Positions 9,287 to 19,354 of a stretch of DNA of 49,996 bases are shown here, one piece after another. Numbering within the stretch: position 1 is the first letter of the stretch; the number at the start of each line of letters is the position of its first letter. The position numbers were made by a program, and so were the translations under genes. Location: positions 1 through 49,996 of the forward strand of contig CAAFFL010000172.1 in assembly GCA_900762125.1 (NCBI GenBank), given 5' to 3'. Source of the stretch: an uncultured Prevotella sp. GTDB lineage: Bacteria; Bacteroidota; Bacteroidia; Bacteroidales; Bacteroidaceae. Under the pieces are notes generated by a model that searched no databases, was not told where the DNA came from, and saw only the letters and a list, made by a program, of their open reading frames with translations.

Positions 9287-9819
9287 TTCTTATCCTCCTT
9301 TCTTGCAATTAACACAGCACCGATGATACATGCCAGCAGGAACACTGAGATGAACTCAAACGGCAGGATGTACTGATACTTGTCACTGCCAACAATAGCC
9401 TCAGAGACGGTCTGCATAGGCACCTCCTGGAGGTTCTTGTCGGCCACGACGATGGTGTTGAGGAACTGGTTCTTCAGCAACACGAAGGCTACGAGTGCCA
9501 AACCAGCGAGCGTGACCAAAAGGCCACTGCACAGGCGGGAGCCCTTGAAGCGCTCCTGCAGGTTCTGCAGCGTACGCTTCGAGACGAGCTGGATGGCAAA
9601 GACATACATGATGGTGATGCCACCGGCATAGACCGAGATCTGGGCAGCACCAAGATAGGAATATCCGAGCATGAAATAGATGCCCGCCACCGAGAACAGC
9701 ACGATGAGCAGATAGGTGGCTGCCCGCATGATGCTCTTGGTCATCACAGAAAGAAATCCTGCACCAAGAATGATCAAGGCAAGGATAACAAATACAATAA
9801 TGTGAGCTAAACCTGACAT
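9283..9819 (-). CDS. nuoJ: NADH-quinone oxidoreductase subunit J
   Basis: AQISVYAGGI, YILPFEFISVFLL. Confidence 0.93.
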   Translation of the reverse strand: MSGLAHIIVFVILALIILGAGFLSVMTKSIMRAATYLLIVLFSVAGIYFMLGYSYLGAAQISVYAGGITIMYVFAIQLVSKRTLQNLQERFKGSRLCSGLLVTLAGLALVAFVLLKNQFLNTIVVADKNLQEVPMQTVSEAIVGSDKYQYILPFEFISVFLLACIIGAVLIARKEDKK

Positions 9820-9825
9820 AATCGA

Positions 9826-10389
9826 TTACTTGGTTTTGGTGTTAAACTTTCCGATGGTCAGCGGTGCGCCACCGTCGATGAGGTTGGGCAGCGAGCCACC
9901 CTCGTAGACCTCTTTGTCGAGATGGAGTACAAGCTTCGAGCGGTCAAAGACGGAGTTCTCGAAGTCGTTGACAAACTTGATGGCGTCGAAGTTGCAAGCC
10001 TTCACACAGAGCTCGCAGAACATGCAGTCGCCCAGGTCGTACTGGTAGTCGTCGAGGACCTTCTTCTTGCGACCGGTCTCCTCGTTGGTCTCCATGTGCG
10101 ACGTGATCTTGATGGTCTGGTTGGGGCATGCCTTCTCGCACATCGTGCAGGCGGTGCACTTATAGTCGCCCACCTGAGCACCCTTCGCCAGCAGCGCTTC
10201 GTCGTCCTCCGTGACGCGGTTGAACACCAGGCGTCCGCGGTGACGTGCACTGACGTGCAGGGTTGTCTTGCGGTTCTCAGGATACTGCTCCGTCGACTTC
10301 GGGGTGAAGTATTCCTTCATCGTGACCTTCAGTCCCGTGGCCAGCGTCTTCACGCCATCCTTGATACCGCCAAAATATGAATTGGACAT
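9826..10389 (-). CDS. nuoI: NADH-quinone oxidoreductase subunit I
   Basis: Two 4Fe-4S motifs CTACTMCEKACP and CMFCELCVKAC; TEQYPE. Confidence 0.93.
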   Translation of the reverse strand: MSNSYFGGIKDGVKTLATGLKVTMKEYFTPKSTEQYPENRKTTLHVSARHRGRLVFNRVTEDDEALLAKGAQVGDYKCTACTMCEKACPNQTIKITSHMETNEETGRKKKVLDDYQYDLGDCMFCELCVKACNFDAIKFVNDFENSVFDRSKLVLHLDKEVYEGGSLPNLIDGGAPLTIGKFNTKTK

Positions 10390-10408
10390 ATCTGTTATAT
10401 TTTTGTTT

Positions 10409-11494
10409 TTACAATGTTAAGCCAAAAGCCACGCATGCGGTCATGACGATCAACACGCAGAGCATCAGCGGCATAAGGTACTTCCACTCCAGCTGAAGGA
10501 TATGGTCGATACGCAGACGGGGGAACGTCCAGCGCACCCACATCAGGATCCAGATCACCACGAGGGTCTTACCGATGAACCACACGAAGCCGGGGATAGC
10601 GTTCATCACGCCGTCGAAGCCAGCGACGCCGATGTTCAGCGGAGCCCAGCCACCGAGGAAGATGGTAGCGGCGAGACCGGAGATCACCACGAGGTTCAGA
10701 TACTCAGCGAGGTAGAAATAGCCGAAGCCCATACCCGAATACTCGGTGTGGTAGCCGGCGGTGAGCTCACTCTCAGCCTCGGCAAGGTCGAACGGGCCAC
10801 GGTTGGCCTCGGCATTACCGGCGATGAGGAACACCACGAAGGCGATGATGGCAGGAATGTGGCCCTGGATGATGAGCCAGTTCCATGGACCAGTCTGCGC
10901 CGTGATGATGTCGGAGAGCTGCATGCTGCCACAGAGGATCACAGCGGTGACCATGCAGAGGCCGAGCGACATCTCATAGGAGATCATCTGTACGGCACCA
11001 CGCATCGCAGAGACCACGGAGTACTTGTTGTTGGAGCCCCAACCAGAGAGGATGACGCCCAGCACACCAATGGAACTGATGGCAGTGACCATGAACACGC
11101 CGACATTGAAGTCGAGCACGGCAGCACCCTTGTTCCACGGCAGGAAGGCGAACGTTCCCACGGAGGCGATGATGGTGAGGCACGGTGCGAGCACATAGAG
11201 GAGCTTATCCGAGCGGTCAACGCCGAAGATCTCCTTGATGAGCATCTTCAGCACGTCTGCGACCACCTGCAGCACGCCCCAGGGACCCACACGCATAGGG
11301 CCTAAGCGACACTGGAAGTAGGCGCAGACCTTACGCTCGAAGAAAATCATGAACATGGCAATGAGGGCATAGATGGTCAGCACCACGAGGCCCACCAGCA
11401 CACATTCAATAAGGATCGTTGCAACGTCTCCCAAGCCGCAGGTGACGCGGAGGAGGTTGTCAATCCATTCGGTTACTATTTTGAAATCGAACAT
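10409..11494 (-). CDS. nuoH: NADH-quinone oxidoreductase subunit H
   Basis: ERKVCAYFQCRLGP, NRGPFDLAEAESELTAGYHTEYSG. Confidence 0.96.
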   Translation of the reverse strand: MFDFKIVTEWIDNLLRVTCGLGDVATILIECVLVGLVVLTIYALIAMFMIFFERKVCAYFQCRLGPMRVGPWGVLQVVADVLKMLIKEIFGVDRSDKLLYVLAPCLTIIASVGTFAFLPWNKGAAVLDFNVGVFMVTAISSIGVLGVILSGWGSNNKYSVVSAMRGAVQMISYEMSLGLCMVTAVILCGSMQLSDIITAQTGPWNWLIIQGHIPAIIAFVVFLIAGNAEANRGPFDLAEAESELTAGYHTEYSGMGFGYFYLAEYLNLVVISGLAATIFLGGWAPLNIGVAGFDGVMNAIPGFVWFIGKTLVVIWILMWVRWTFPRLRIDHILQLEWKYLMPLMLCVLIVMTACVAFGLTL

Positions 11495-11550
11495 TGTGCG
11501 AATGTTGAGTTGTTTGCTATTGTTGCTATATATATAATAAGGTGTAACGT

Positions 11551-13125
11551 CTATCGATCGAGGTCAGGGATGACGAAGTCGATGGAAGCACCGGTAGCGA
11601 TGAGGTCGGCAATCTTCTCGCCCTTGAGCATCTTGTCGAAAGCTCCGGCAAGCGTCAGACCCATCGGACGCATCTTCACGCGATACGGGCTCTTGTCGCC
11701 ACGGCTGTCAAGATAGACGCCAAACTCGCCAGCTCCACCCTCGACGCTCGTGAACCACTGGCCCTCGGGCACCTTGATGATGGGCTTCTGCTTCATCCAG
11801 AAGTCGCCCTCGGGGATGTTGTCGATGAGCTGATCGATGATGTTCAGGCTCTGGTACATCTCCTTGATGTGGATCATATAGCGCTCCATCGAGTCGCAGC
11901 CTGTGCCAACGATCTCCTCGAACTCCACCTTGTCGTACATGTCGTAAGGATGGTTCTTGCGGACGTCGTTGTGCCAACCAGCGGCACGGCCGGCAGGACC
12001 GGTGACACCGTAGTTGATGCAGTCCTCAAGGTTCATATAGCCCACACCCTCCAGACGCTGGTGGGTGATGACATTGTCGCCAAAGACGTCGAGATACTCC
12101 TGGATCATCGGACGGAGGTACTTCGTCAGCGTCTTCACGTTCTGCACGAAGTTCGGGTCGATGTCGTCCATCAGTCCACCTATTCTATAATAGTTCTGAA
12201 TCAGACGACCACCAGTGGTCTCCTCCATGACGTTGAGCACATGCTCGCGGTCACGCATACAGTAGAGGAACGCGGTCAGGGCAGAGAGGTCCTGTGCGCA
12301 GGTGCCGAGGAAGAGCAAGTGGTTGTCGATACGCTGGAGCTCATCCATGATGGTGCGGATGTACTTGATGCGGTCGTTGAGCTCAATGCCCATACCCTCC
12401 TCGATGACACTCACGAGTGCGTTGCGGTGCATCATGGCGCAGAGGTAGTTCAGACGGTCGGTCAGTGCGAGGGTCTGTGGATAGGTCATGCTCTCCATCA
12501 TCTTCTCCATGCCGCGGTGGATATAGCCCAGATGCGGATAGACGTGCTTGATGGTCTCGCCGTCGACAACGGTCTGCAAGCGGAGCACACCGTGCGTAGA
12601 CGGGTGGTTAGGACCGAAGTTGATCACAAAGTCGTCGTCGGAGAACAACTGGTGCTTGGTCTCCACGAGCTCGCCATTGGCATTCAGGTTCCACTCTGAG
12701 GTCCAGTCGCTCTCCGGCTCGTCGGTCATCGGGAACTGGTTGGCCTCGGGACTCATGTCGAAGTCCTTGCGAAGGGGATAGCCCTTGAAGTCCGAGCGCA
12801 TGAACAGGCGGCGCATATCGGGATGACCGAGGAACTTGATGCCGAGGAAGTCGAAGGCCTCACGCTCGAGCAGGTTCACGTCAGCCCATACATAATAGAC
12901 AGAAGGAATCACATAGTCCTCGCCGACCTTCTTGGCCAGCTGCTTGACGCTGATGCGCTCATGGGTCTGTGTGTTCTCGAGAATGTAGATACATCCCAGT
13001 CCCTCTTCAGGACCGAAATCCTCGCCAACGATGGTAACAAGGTAGTCGAAATGCTTCTCATTCTTCAACTTCTTCATCTCGGTGAGGAAGTTGTCAAAAC
13101 CGAATTCTTTATTTTCTAATTTCAT
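11551..13125 (-). CDS. nuoCD: Fused NADH-quinone oxidoreductase subunit C/D
   Basis: NuoC motif EREAFDFLGIKFLGHPDMRR followed by NuoD motif NFGPNHPSTHGVLRL; ends DLDR. Confidence 0.95.
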   Translation of the reverse strand: MKLENKEFGFDNFLTEMKKLKNEKHFDYLVTIVGEDFGPEEGLGCIYILENTQTHERISVKQLAKKVGEDYVIPSVYYVWADVNLLEREAFDFLGIKFLGHPDMRRLFMRSDFKGYPLRKDFDMSPEANQFPMTDEPESDWTSEWNLNANGELVETKHQLFSDDDFVINFGPNHPSTHGVLRLQTVVDGETIKHVYPHLGYIHRGMEKMMESMTYPQTLALTDRLNYLCAMMHRNALVSVIEEGMGIELNDRIKYIRTIMDELQRIDNHLLFLGTCAQDLSALTAFLYCMRDREHVLNVMEETTGGRLIQNYYRIGGLMDDIDPNFVQNVKTLTKYLRPMIQEYLDVFGDNVITHQRLEGVGYMNLEDCINYGVTGPAGRAAGWHNDVRKNHPYDMYDKVEFEEIVGTGCDSMERYMIHIKEMYQSLNIIDQLIDNIPEGDFWMKQKPIIKVPEGQWFTSVEGGAGEFGVYLDSRGDKSPYRVKMRPMGLTLAGAFDKMLKGEKIADLIATGASIDFVIPDLDR

Positions 13126-13134
13126 CGTGCCTTA

Positions 13135-13899
13135 TTATTTGTTGACTTCATACTGTTTTCCTTCCTCCTTCAGCTGGTCGAGCTCCTGACCGAGGCGCTC
13201 CACCTCTTCTTTATTAGGAGAAGCACTAACGATGATCGGCTCCTTGTTGCCAATCTTCGCGCCGGAGTAGTTCTCGTTGCTCAGTCCGTGGAGACCGCCC
13301 AAAGCCATGCTCGAAGCCTTCTCCTCAGAGCTCATCTTGTGGTTAGCACCACCAAAGAACTTCTCGACCTTCACCTTACGCTGCAGCTGCATCATGCCAT
13401 AGAGGATAGCCTCAGGACGGGGAGGACAGCCGGGGATGTAGACGTCGACAGGAACAATCTGGTCGATGCCACGAACAACGGAGTAGCTGTTCTTGAATGG
13501 GCCACCCGAGATGGTGCAACCACCCACAGCCACAACGTACTTCGGCTCAGCCATCTCGTCGTAGAGACGCTTGAAGACGGGCACCATCTTGTTGGTGATC
13601 GTGCCGGCGCACATGATGAGGTCGGCCTGACGGGCAGAGTTACGTGTCACCTCGAATCCAAAACGGGAGAAGTCGTAACGGGCACAACCTACGGCCATGA
13701 ACTCGATACCGCAGCAGCTCGTTCCGAAGGTCAGCGACCACAGCGAGTTCGAGCGACCCCAGTTGATTATCTGGTCCAGTGAGCCCAGCACGACGTTCAC
13801 GCCACCGTCGTTGAGCTCGGCAGCGATGTTCTCTAATGTCTCATTATCCTTGAATTCCTCGTAAGGAATACTCTTGATGTGCGGTTTTCTTACTTCCAT
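13135..13899 (-). CDS. nuoB: NADH-quinone oxidoreductase subunit B
   Basis: TSCCGIE, VDVYIPGCPPRPEA. Confidence 0.96.
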   Translation of the reverse strand: MEVRKPHIKSIPYEEFKDNETLENIAAELNDGGVNVVLGSLDQIINWGRSNSLWSLTFGTSCCGIEFMAVGCARYDFSRFGFEVTRNSARQADLIMCAGTITNKMVPVFKRLYDEMAEPKYVVAVGGCTISGGPFKNSYSVVRGIDQIVPVDVYIPGCPPRPEAILYGMMQLQRKVKVEKFFGGANHKMSSEEKASSMALGGLHGLSNENYSGAKIGNKEPIIVSASPNKEEVERLGQELDQLKEEGKQYEVNK

Positions 13900-14255
13900 T
13901 CCAGCGCTCCTTTCCGCCAGGCGTATGCCAAGCCAAAAACTAAAACAAGGAGGAAGAAACCAATGCTAATCATAGCGTAGGGTCCCACTCCAGCTGCCAC
14001 ATACTGCTGCACGGCTACTGCCCACGGATAGAGCAGCACCGTCTCGATGTCGAACATCAGGAAGAGAATAGCGAAGAGGTAGTAGCCCACGTGGAGCGGC
14101 ATCCAGCTGCTGCCACGGGTGGGGATACCACACTCGAACGGCTCACCCTTCACCGGATTGTACGAACGCGGACCGATGAGCTTGGCAACGACGTAAGCGC
14201 CTGCTACCAAGGTAAGGGCCGTCAGCAAAACGGTAATCAATAAAGTGAAATTCAT
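13890..14255 (-). CDS. nuoA: NADH-quinone oxidoreductase subunit A
   Basis: PFECG, FLMFDIE, WRKGALEW. Confidence 0.96.
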   Translation of the reverse strand: MNFTLLITVLLTALTLVAGAYVVAKLIGPRSYNPVKGEPFECGIPTRGSSWMPLHVGYYLFAILFLMFDIETVLLYPWAVAVQQYVAAGVGPYAMISIGFFLLVLVFGLAYAWRKGALEWK

Positions 14256-14300
14256 AAATTGTTTATAACGTTATATAAGTGATTGCACAGTAATCGCCTG

Positions 14301-14380
14301 CAAAGGTACTAAAATAATGTGTAACATTTCAATCTTTTAACGATTTATTCCCCCGAACCGCGAAGAATTATATACCTTTG
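14301..14380. promoter_or_regulatory. Divergent -7 promoter elements for nuo (minus) and mscS (plus)
   Basis: TACCTTTG on minus at 14301-14308 and on plus at 14373-14380. Confidence 0.7.
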
Positions 14381-14398
14381 CAATCAAAATTCGAAATT

Positions 14399-16927
14399 AT
14401 GAACAAGAGAGCTTTCTTCGTCATTCTTTTGGCACTCGTCGCCATTCTCCCTGCCCATGCTGTGCTCAAGGAGCGCAACATCGAGAGCACACTGTCGATG
14501 CTTCGCAAGGAGCTCACCAGTGCCCACCTCGAGCTCGAGCGACAGACGGGATTCGTCAATGGGCAGCAGCAGTCAGTGCAGAAGCGACTCATCGAGGTGT
14601 TCAATCAGAGCCAGGAGAACGCGCTGATGCTCTACTCGCAGAAGGCTTCGAACACCTTCACGCTGACCTACGCTTGCCACGAGGCTACGGACCAGTATCT
14701 GATGTTCCAGATGCAGGCCAAGCCCTTCGCGCAGTTTATCAAGGAGGCCGACATCGAGATCAACCGCTACGACAGCCTCATCAACGACCTCAGTCAGATG
14801 TACGCACCCATGCTCTCTGCGAAGGCGAAGACGGACCGCAACGTCTGCCTCACCTATGCCATCAACATCCGTCATACGCTCTCGGAGAACCGCACGCAAA
14901 TGCAGCAATACATTGACATCTACCGACGTACGGACAAACGGCTCAAGTATCTCAACGACTATGCACTCCGGCGGTATAACGACATCCAGAAGTCCATCTT
15001 CCGCTCCTCCAGCGACAACTATTTCCTCGTCCTCACCCATCTGCCGCAGCAGATCCGCAAGACCAACGAGGGCATCCATGAGACCTACGCCACATCAAAC
15101 AAGGTCAGCTCCGACTGGGATGCACGCGTCATCATCGGACTGATGATCTCCATCTTCCTCGTCTTCGGGTTGGCCATCCTCCTCAACCAGGTCCTCGTGC
15201 GGTTCCTCTTCTTCCGACTATTGGAGAGCGGCAAGCTGCAGAAGGTCTACTCAAAAGTATTCCAGAAGGACGGCAACATCACCTGGGCAGAATCGTTCCA
15301 GGGCAAGCGGACAAGCATCATCCTCACCTCCACGGTCATCACCTTTGCCATCCTCATCGGGGTGCTGCGGGCATCGTCGGACCAGAACTTCATCACCATG
15401 GCCTGCAACCTCCTGATCGAGTTTGTGTGGCTCGTCGGCGTCATCCTCCTGTCGATGCTCATCCGCATCAATGCCAAGGAGATCCGCAATGGATTCAAGA
15501 TCTATTCGCCGCTCATCGTCATGACGTTCATCGTCATTGCCTTCCGCATCGTGATGATACCTGACGACGCCATCAACCTCTTCTTCCCGCCCATCCTGCT
15601 GCTCTGCACCATCTGGCAGTGGTGGCTCAACAGCCGGCTGCGCAAGCGGGTGCCGAAGAGTGACTCGTTCTACGCCATCCTCACCTGGGCCGTGCTCCTC
15701 GCCTCAACCGTCATTGCCTGGAGCGGACGGGCGATGCTCTCCATCGTGATGCTCATCTGGTGGACCATGCAGCTGACGTGCATCCTCACCATCACCTGCA
15801 TCAAGGGACTCCTCGACGACCGTGGCAATGCCCGTGGGTACTTCGCTGCCGACGCTACAATCACAAAGGTGTGGTTCTTCCGACTCATCTATCATGCCCT
15901 GTTGCCCGTGCTGAGCATCCTCTCCATCATCATCTCCGTGTGGTGGGCGGCTGACGTGTTCAACCTCAGCGAGACACTCATGCAACTGCTTCGCGTGAAG
16001 CTCATCGACACGAAGAACTTCACCTTCTCCATCGTCCTCGTCGTGCAGGTGGCGAACCTCTTCGTCATCTTCAAATACATCGACCATACGGCTGTCGACT
16101 TCCTGAAGCATAACCTCTGGGTGCACGAGCAGAACAAGGCCAAGGAGGAGAACCGCAAGGCTGACAAGTCGGTCGTCACCAGTCGGGTGGCGATGTGGCG
16201 CAACGTCATCGAGGTGCTCGTCTGGGGTGCGTTCCTCCTCTTGAGTATGAACATCTTCAACATCAGCAGCTCATGGATCGTCGCCATCTCCGCCGGTCTC
16301 TCCACCGGTATCGGTTTCGCTATGAAGGACATCCTCGAGAACCTCTACTATGGCATCTCACTCATGGCAGGCCGCATCCGCGTGGGCGACTACATCTCCA
16401 TCGACGGCACGCGTGGCACGGTGAAGAGCATTTCCTACACCTCAACGATGATTGAGGCACTCGACGGCTCCATCATCACCTTCACCAACTCGCAGCTCAT
16501 CACGAAAAACTACAAGAACCTCACGAAGAACCACGGCAACGAGCTGGCGATCATCCCCGTCGGCGTGGCCTACGGCTCCAATGCCAAGCAGGTGAAGGAG
16601 ATCATTGCCGAGGCGACGAAGTCCGTGGACCGCAAGAACTACAGCCGTTACCTCAACGTCATCTTCACCGGCTTTGGCGACAACAGTATCGACTTCAAGA
16701 TTCTCGCCTGGGTCGACAGCCGCAAGCAGGTATATGCCGAGAGCGACATCATGGAGGCAGTCTACAATGCCCTGAACGCCAACGACATCGAGATTCCGTT
16801 CCCGCAGCGCGACATCCACATCATCTCCACCGGAGACGCCACGCCCACCCTACCCGCCGACCAACAGGTGGACCATGCCGGCAGCGTCGATGAAGCAATG
16901 GAGAAGATCAGCAAACCATCACACTGA
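14399..16927 (+). CDS. Large MscS-family mechanosensitive channel
   Basis: Signal peptide from ATG 14399, helical N-terminal domain, multi-TM region, MscS core GIGFAMKDILEN..IRVGDYI, IEIPFPQRDIHI. Confidence 0.9.
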   Translation: MNKRAFFVILLALVAILPAHAVLKERNIESTLSMLRKELTSAHLELERQTGFVNGQQQSVQKRLIEVFNQSQENALMLYSQKASNTFTLTYACHEATDQYLMFQMQAKPFAQFIKEADIEINRYDSLINDLSQMYAPMLSAKAKTDRNVCLTYAINIRHTLSENRTQMQQYIDIYRRTDKRLKYLNDYALRRYNDIQKSIFRSSSDNYFLVLTHLPQQIRKTNEGIHETYATSNKVSSDWDARVIIGLMISIFLVFGLAILLNQVLVRFLFFRLLESGKLQKVYSKVFQKDGNITWAESFQGKRTSIILTSTVITFAILIGVLRASSDQNFITMACNLLIEFVWLVGVILLSMLIRINAKEIRNGFKIYSPLIVMTFIVIAFRIVMIPDDAINLFFPPILLLCTIWQWWLNSRLRKRVPKSDSFYAILTWAVLLASTVIAWSGRAMLSIVMLIWWTMQLTCILTITCIKGLLDDRGNARGYFAADATITKVWFFRLIYHALLPVLSILSIIISVWWAADVFNLSETLMQLLRVKLIDTKNFTFSIVLVVQVANLFVIFKYIDHTAVDFLKHNLWVHEQNKAKEENRKADKSVVTSRVAMWRNVIEVLVWGAFLLLSMNIFNISSSWIVAISAGLSTGIGFAMKDILENLYYGISLMAGRIRVGDYISIDGTRGTVKSISYTSTMIEALDGSIITFTNSQLITKNYKNLTKNHGNELAIIPVGVAYGSNAKQVKEIIAEATKSVDRKNYSRYLNVIFTGFGDNSIDFKILAWVDSRKQVYAESDIMEAVYNALNANDIEIPFPQRDIHIISTGDATPTLPADQQVDHAGSVDEAMEKISKPSH

Positions 16928-17003
16928 GATCCCCTCGCCATTGCACTGAGATCTCCTCGTCATTGCAGTGAGATGACCTCGCGATTTCCGTGAGATCTCA
17001 ACG
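16922..17003 (+). repeat. Degenerate 22-bp tandem array (~3.7 units)
   Basis: CACTGAGATCCCCTCGCCATTG / CACTGAGATCTCCTCGTCATTG / CAGTGAGATGACCTCGCGATTT / CCGTGAGATCTC. Confidence 0.85.
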
Positions 17004-17006
17004 AAT

Positions 17007-17046
17007 AAAAGGCTGGAACCTGACATTCAGATTCCAGCCTTCTTTT
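17007..17046. terminator. Bidirectional terminator between convergent mscS and htpG
   Basis: Stem AAGGCTGGAA/TTCCAGCCTT flanked by A-rich and T-rich runs. Confidence 0.8.
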
Positions 17047-17129
17047 ATGCTGTTCGCTGTTGGACAGTCCGGCTTACCAAGCCGGACACCACCACCCTCC
17101 TAGGGACAGTGGGACAGTTGGCACAGTTG

Positions 17130-19187
17130 TTATTTCTCAATCATCTCCACACTCCGCTTGAGGAACTTGTCCAACGCCTCACCCTTGAGCATGCCGTTCT
17201 GCAGCAATGCCAGGTCGATGAGCTGATGCACCACCTGGTTGCCCTTGGCATAGTCGGCGAGGATGTCGCTCTTCTTCTGCCGTTGTTCATCGACAGCCTT
17301 CTGGGTGTTCGTGACGTCGTCCTTCTCCTCCTGCGAGATCTCCTCAGCTTTCTTCTCGCTCTGACTCTGATGGAGCGCGGCGAGGCGGGCCTGCTGGCCC
17401 TTGAGCTCACTGACGACCGGCTTCAATGCCTCCTGTGTAGCGGCGTTCGTGTCGCTGAGGACGCCCTTCACCAGCGGATGATCGGCGTTGAGCACGACGG
17501 TATAGGTGTCAGGCATCTGACTGTAGAAGCTCATTCCTGGCTGATAGTGCGCCATCTCCTTCATACGACGCATATACTCGCTCTCGGTGATGAGCACCGG
17601 CTGAGCCTGCTCGCCCATTGCCTCGACGTCAACATTAAACTGTGCCTTGTCCATCTGCGGCATCTGCGAGCGGAACACCTCTGTCAGATTGTCACGGTCG
17701 TCATCGCCGAGCTCGGTCTTCTTCGCGTCCTCCTTCACGATGAGGCGGTCGATGATGTCGGCATCTACACGGGCAAAATGACTCTTCTCAAACTTCGTCT
17801 CGAGCATCTGCACCATCGGCACATCGAGCTGACCATCAAGGAGAAGCACGGAGTAGCCCTTGTCCTGAGCGGCCTTGATGTAGCTGTACTGATCCTCCTT
17901 GTTCGTAGCGTAGAGGTAGACGAGCTCGGAGTTCTTGTCGGTCTGGTTGTCCTTGATGAGGGTTTTATACTCCTCGTAAGTGAAGTATTTGCCATCGATG
18001 TCCTTGAAGAGCGCAAAGTCCTTCGCACGGTCGTAGAAGCTCTCCTCCGACAGCATGCCGTAGTTGATGAAGAGTTTCAGGTCGTCCCATTTGCCTTCGT
18101 AGTCTTTTCGGTCGCTCTTGAAGGTCTGCGCCAGACGGTCGGCCACCTTCTTCGTGATGTAGGTCGAGATCTTCTTCACGTTGGCATCGCTCTGCAGATA
18201 CGAGCGGCTGACGTTCAGCGGGATGTCCGGTGAGTCGATGACGCCGTGGAGCAGCGTGAGGAAGTCGGGAACGATGCCCTCCACCTGGTCGGTGACGAAC
18301 ACCTGGTTGCAATAGAGCTGGATCTTGTTGCGCTGCAGGTCGAGGTTGTTATGGATGCGGGGAAAATAGAGGATACCCGTGAGATGGAACGGATAGTCCA
18401 CATTGAGGTGTATCCAGAAGAGCGGCTCGTCCTGCATGGGATAGAGCGTACGGTAGAACGACTTATAGTCCTCGTCCTTCAGCGTCGACGGGGTCTTCGT
18501 CCACAGCGGCTCCACATTATTAATAATATTATCTTCCTCGGTCTCCTGCTCCTTGCCGTCCTTCCATTCAGTCTTCTTGCCAAAGGCTACGGGCACAGCC
18601 ATAAACTTGCAATACTTGTTCAACAGCGCCTCGATGCGGGCCTTCTCCAGGAACTCCTTGCAGTCGTCTGCGATGTGGAGCACGATGTCGGTGCCACGGT
18701 CGGCCTTGTCAGCATCGTCAAGAGTGAAGGCAGGAGAGCCGTCGCAACTCCATTTCACAGCCTTCGCACCATCCTGATAACTGCGGGTGATGATGTCCAC
18801 ACGGTCCGAGACCATGAACGAGGAGTAGAAGCCGAGGCCGAAATGTCCGATGATGGCGTTGGCCTCATCCTTGTATTTGTCGAGGAAGTCGGTGACGCCG
18901 GAGAAGGCAATCTGGTTGATGTATTTATCGATCTCCTCAGCCGTCATGCCGATACCGCGATCGCTGACAGTCAGCGTCTTGGCGTCTTTGTCGAGGGTGA
19001 CGTGCACGGTGAGGTCGCCCAGCTCGCCCTTGAAGTCGCCTTTCTGCTGGAGGGTCTTCAGCTTCTGGGTGGCGTCGACAGCGTTGGACACCATCTCGCG
19101 GAGGAAAATCTCATGATCGGAATAGAGAAACTTTTTGATGACGGGGAAAATATTCTCGGTTGTAACCCCGATATTACCTGTTTGCAT
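17130..19187 (-). CDS. htpG: Molecular chaperone HtpG (Hsp90)
   Basis: LYSDHEIFLREMVSNAVDA, IGHFGLGFYS, DSPDIPLNVSRSYLQ. Confidence 0.97.
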   Translation of the reverse strand: MQTGNIGVTTENIFPVIKKFLYSDHEIFLREMVSNAVDATQKLKTLQQKGDFKGELGDLTVHVTLDKDAKTLTVSDRGIGMTAEEIDKYINQIAFSGVTDFLDKYKDEANAIIGHFGLGFYSSFMVSDRVDIITRSYQDGAKAVKWSCDGSPAFTLDDADKADRGTDIVLHIADDCKEFLEKARIEALLNKYCKFMAVPVAFGKKTEWKDGKEQETEEDNIINNVEPLWTKTPSTLKDEDYKSFYRTLYPMQDEPLFWIHLNVDYPFHLTGILYFPRIHNNLDLQRNKIQLYCNQVFVTDQVEGIVPDFLTLLHGVIDSPDIPLNVSRSYLQSDANVKKISTYITKKVADRLAQTFKSDRKDYEGKWDDLKLFINYGMLSEESFYDRAKDFALFKDIDGKYFTYEEYKTLIKDNQTDKNSELVYLYATNKEDQYSYIKAAQDKGYSVLLLDGQLDVPMVQMLETKFEKSHFARVDADIIDRLIVKEDAKKTELGDDDRDNLTEVFRSQMPQMDKAQFNVDVEAMGEQAQPVLITESEYMRRMKEMAHYQPGMSFYSQMPDTYTVVLNADHPLVKGVLSDTNAATQEALKPVVSELKGQQARLAALHQSQSEKKAEEISQEEKDDVTNTQKAVDEQRQKKSDILADYAKGNQVVHQLIDLALLQNGMLKGEALDKFLKRSVEMIEK

Positions 19188-19221
19188 ATCGTTATAATAT
19201 TGTATTTCTGATTTCGGCCGC

Positions 19222-19238
19222 TACAAGAAATGTGCCAA
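19222..19238 (-). promoter_or_regulatory. Sigma54-like -24/-12 element upstream of htpG
   Basis: TTGGCACATTTCTTGTA gives GG-N10-GT (consensus GG-N10-GC). Confidence 0.5.
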
Positions 19239-19354
19239 AACAAGGGTCATCACTACAGGAAACGGTGTAAGTGTCGATGAGTCACTCAAAGTTTCTTGGA
19301 AGATTTACGGATTATTTGACACAGTTTCGGGATATTTTCCTTATATTTGCGGCA

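Noticed and set aside
3868..13782. Long plus-strand ORFs opposite the nuo genes (e.g. 3868-5562, 8022-8951, 11869-12699)
   Set aside because: Antisense shadow frames caused by strong third-position GC bias; no recognisable motifs
16922..17003. 22-bp arrays (also 3270-3323 and 32078-32169) as possible CRISPR arrays
   Set aside because: Units are degenerate and adjacent, with no spacer-length unique sequence and no cas genes in the window
17109..19211. Long plus-strand ORFs opposite htpG, and similar shadows over pyrG, prfC, the RND genes and tpiA
   Set aside because: Same codon-bias artefact; each overlaps a well-supported gene
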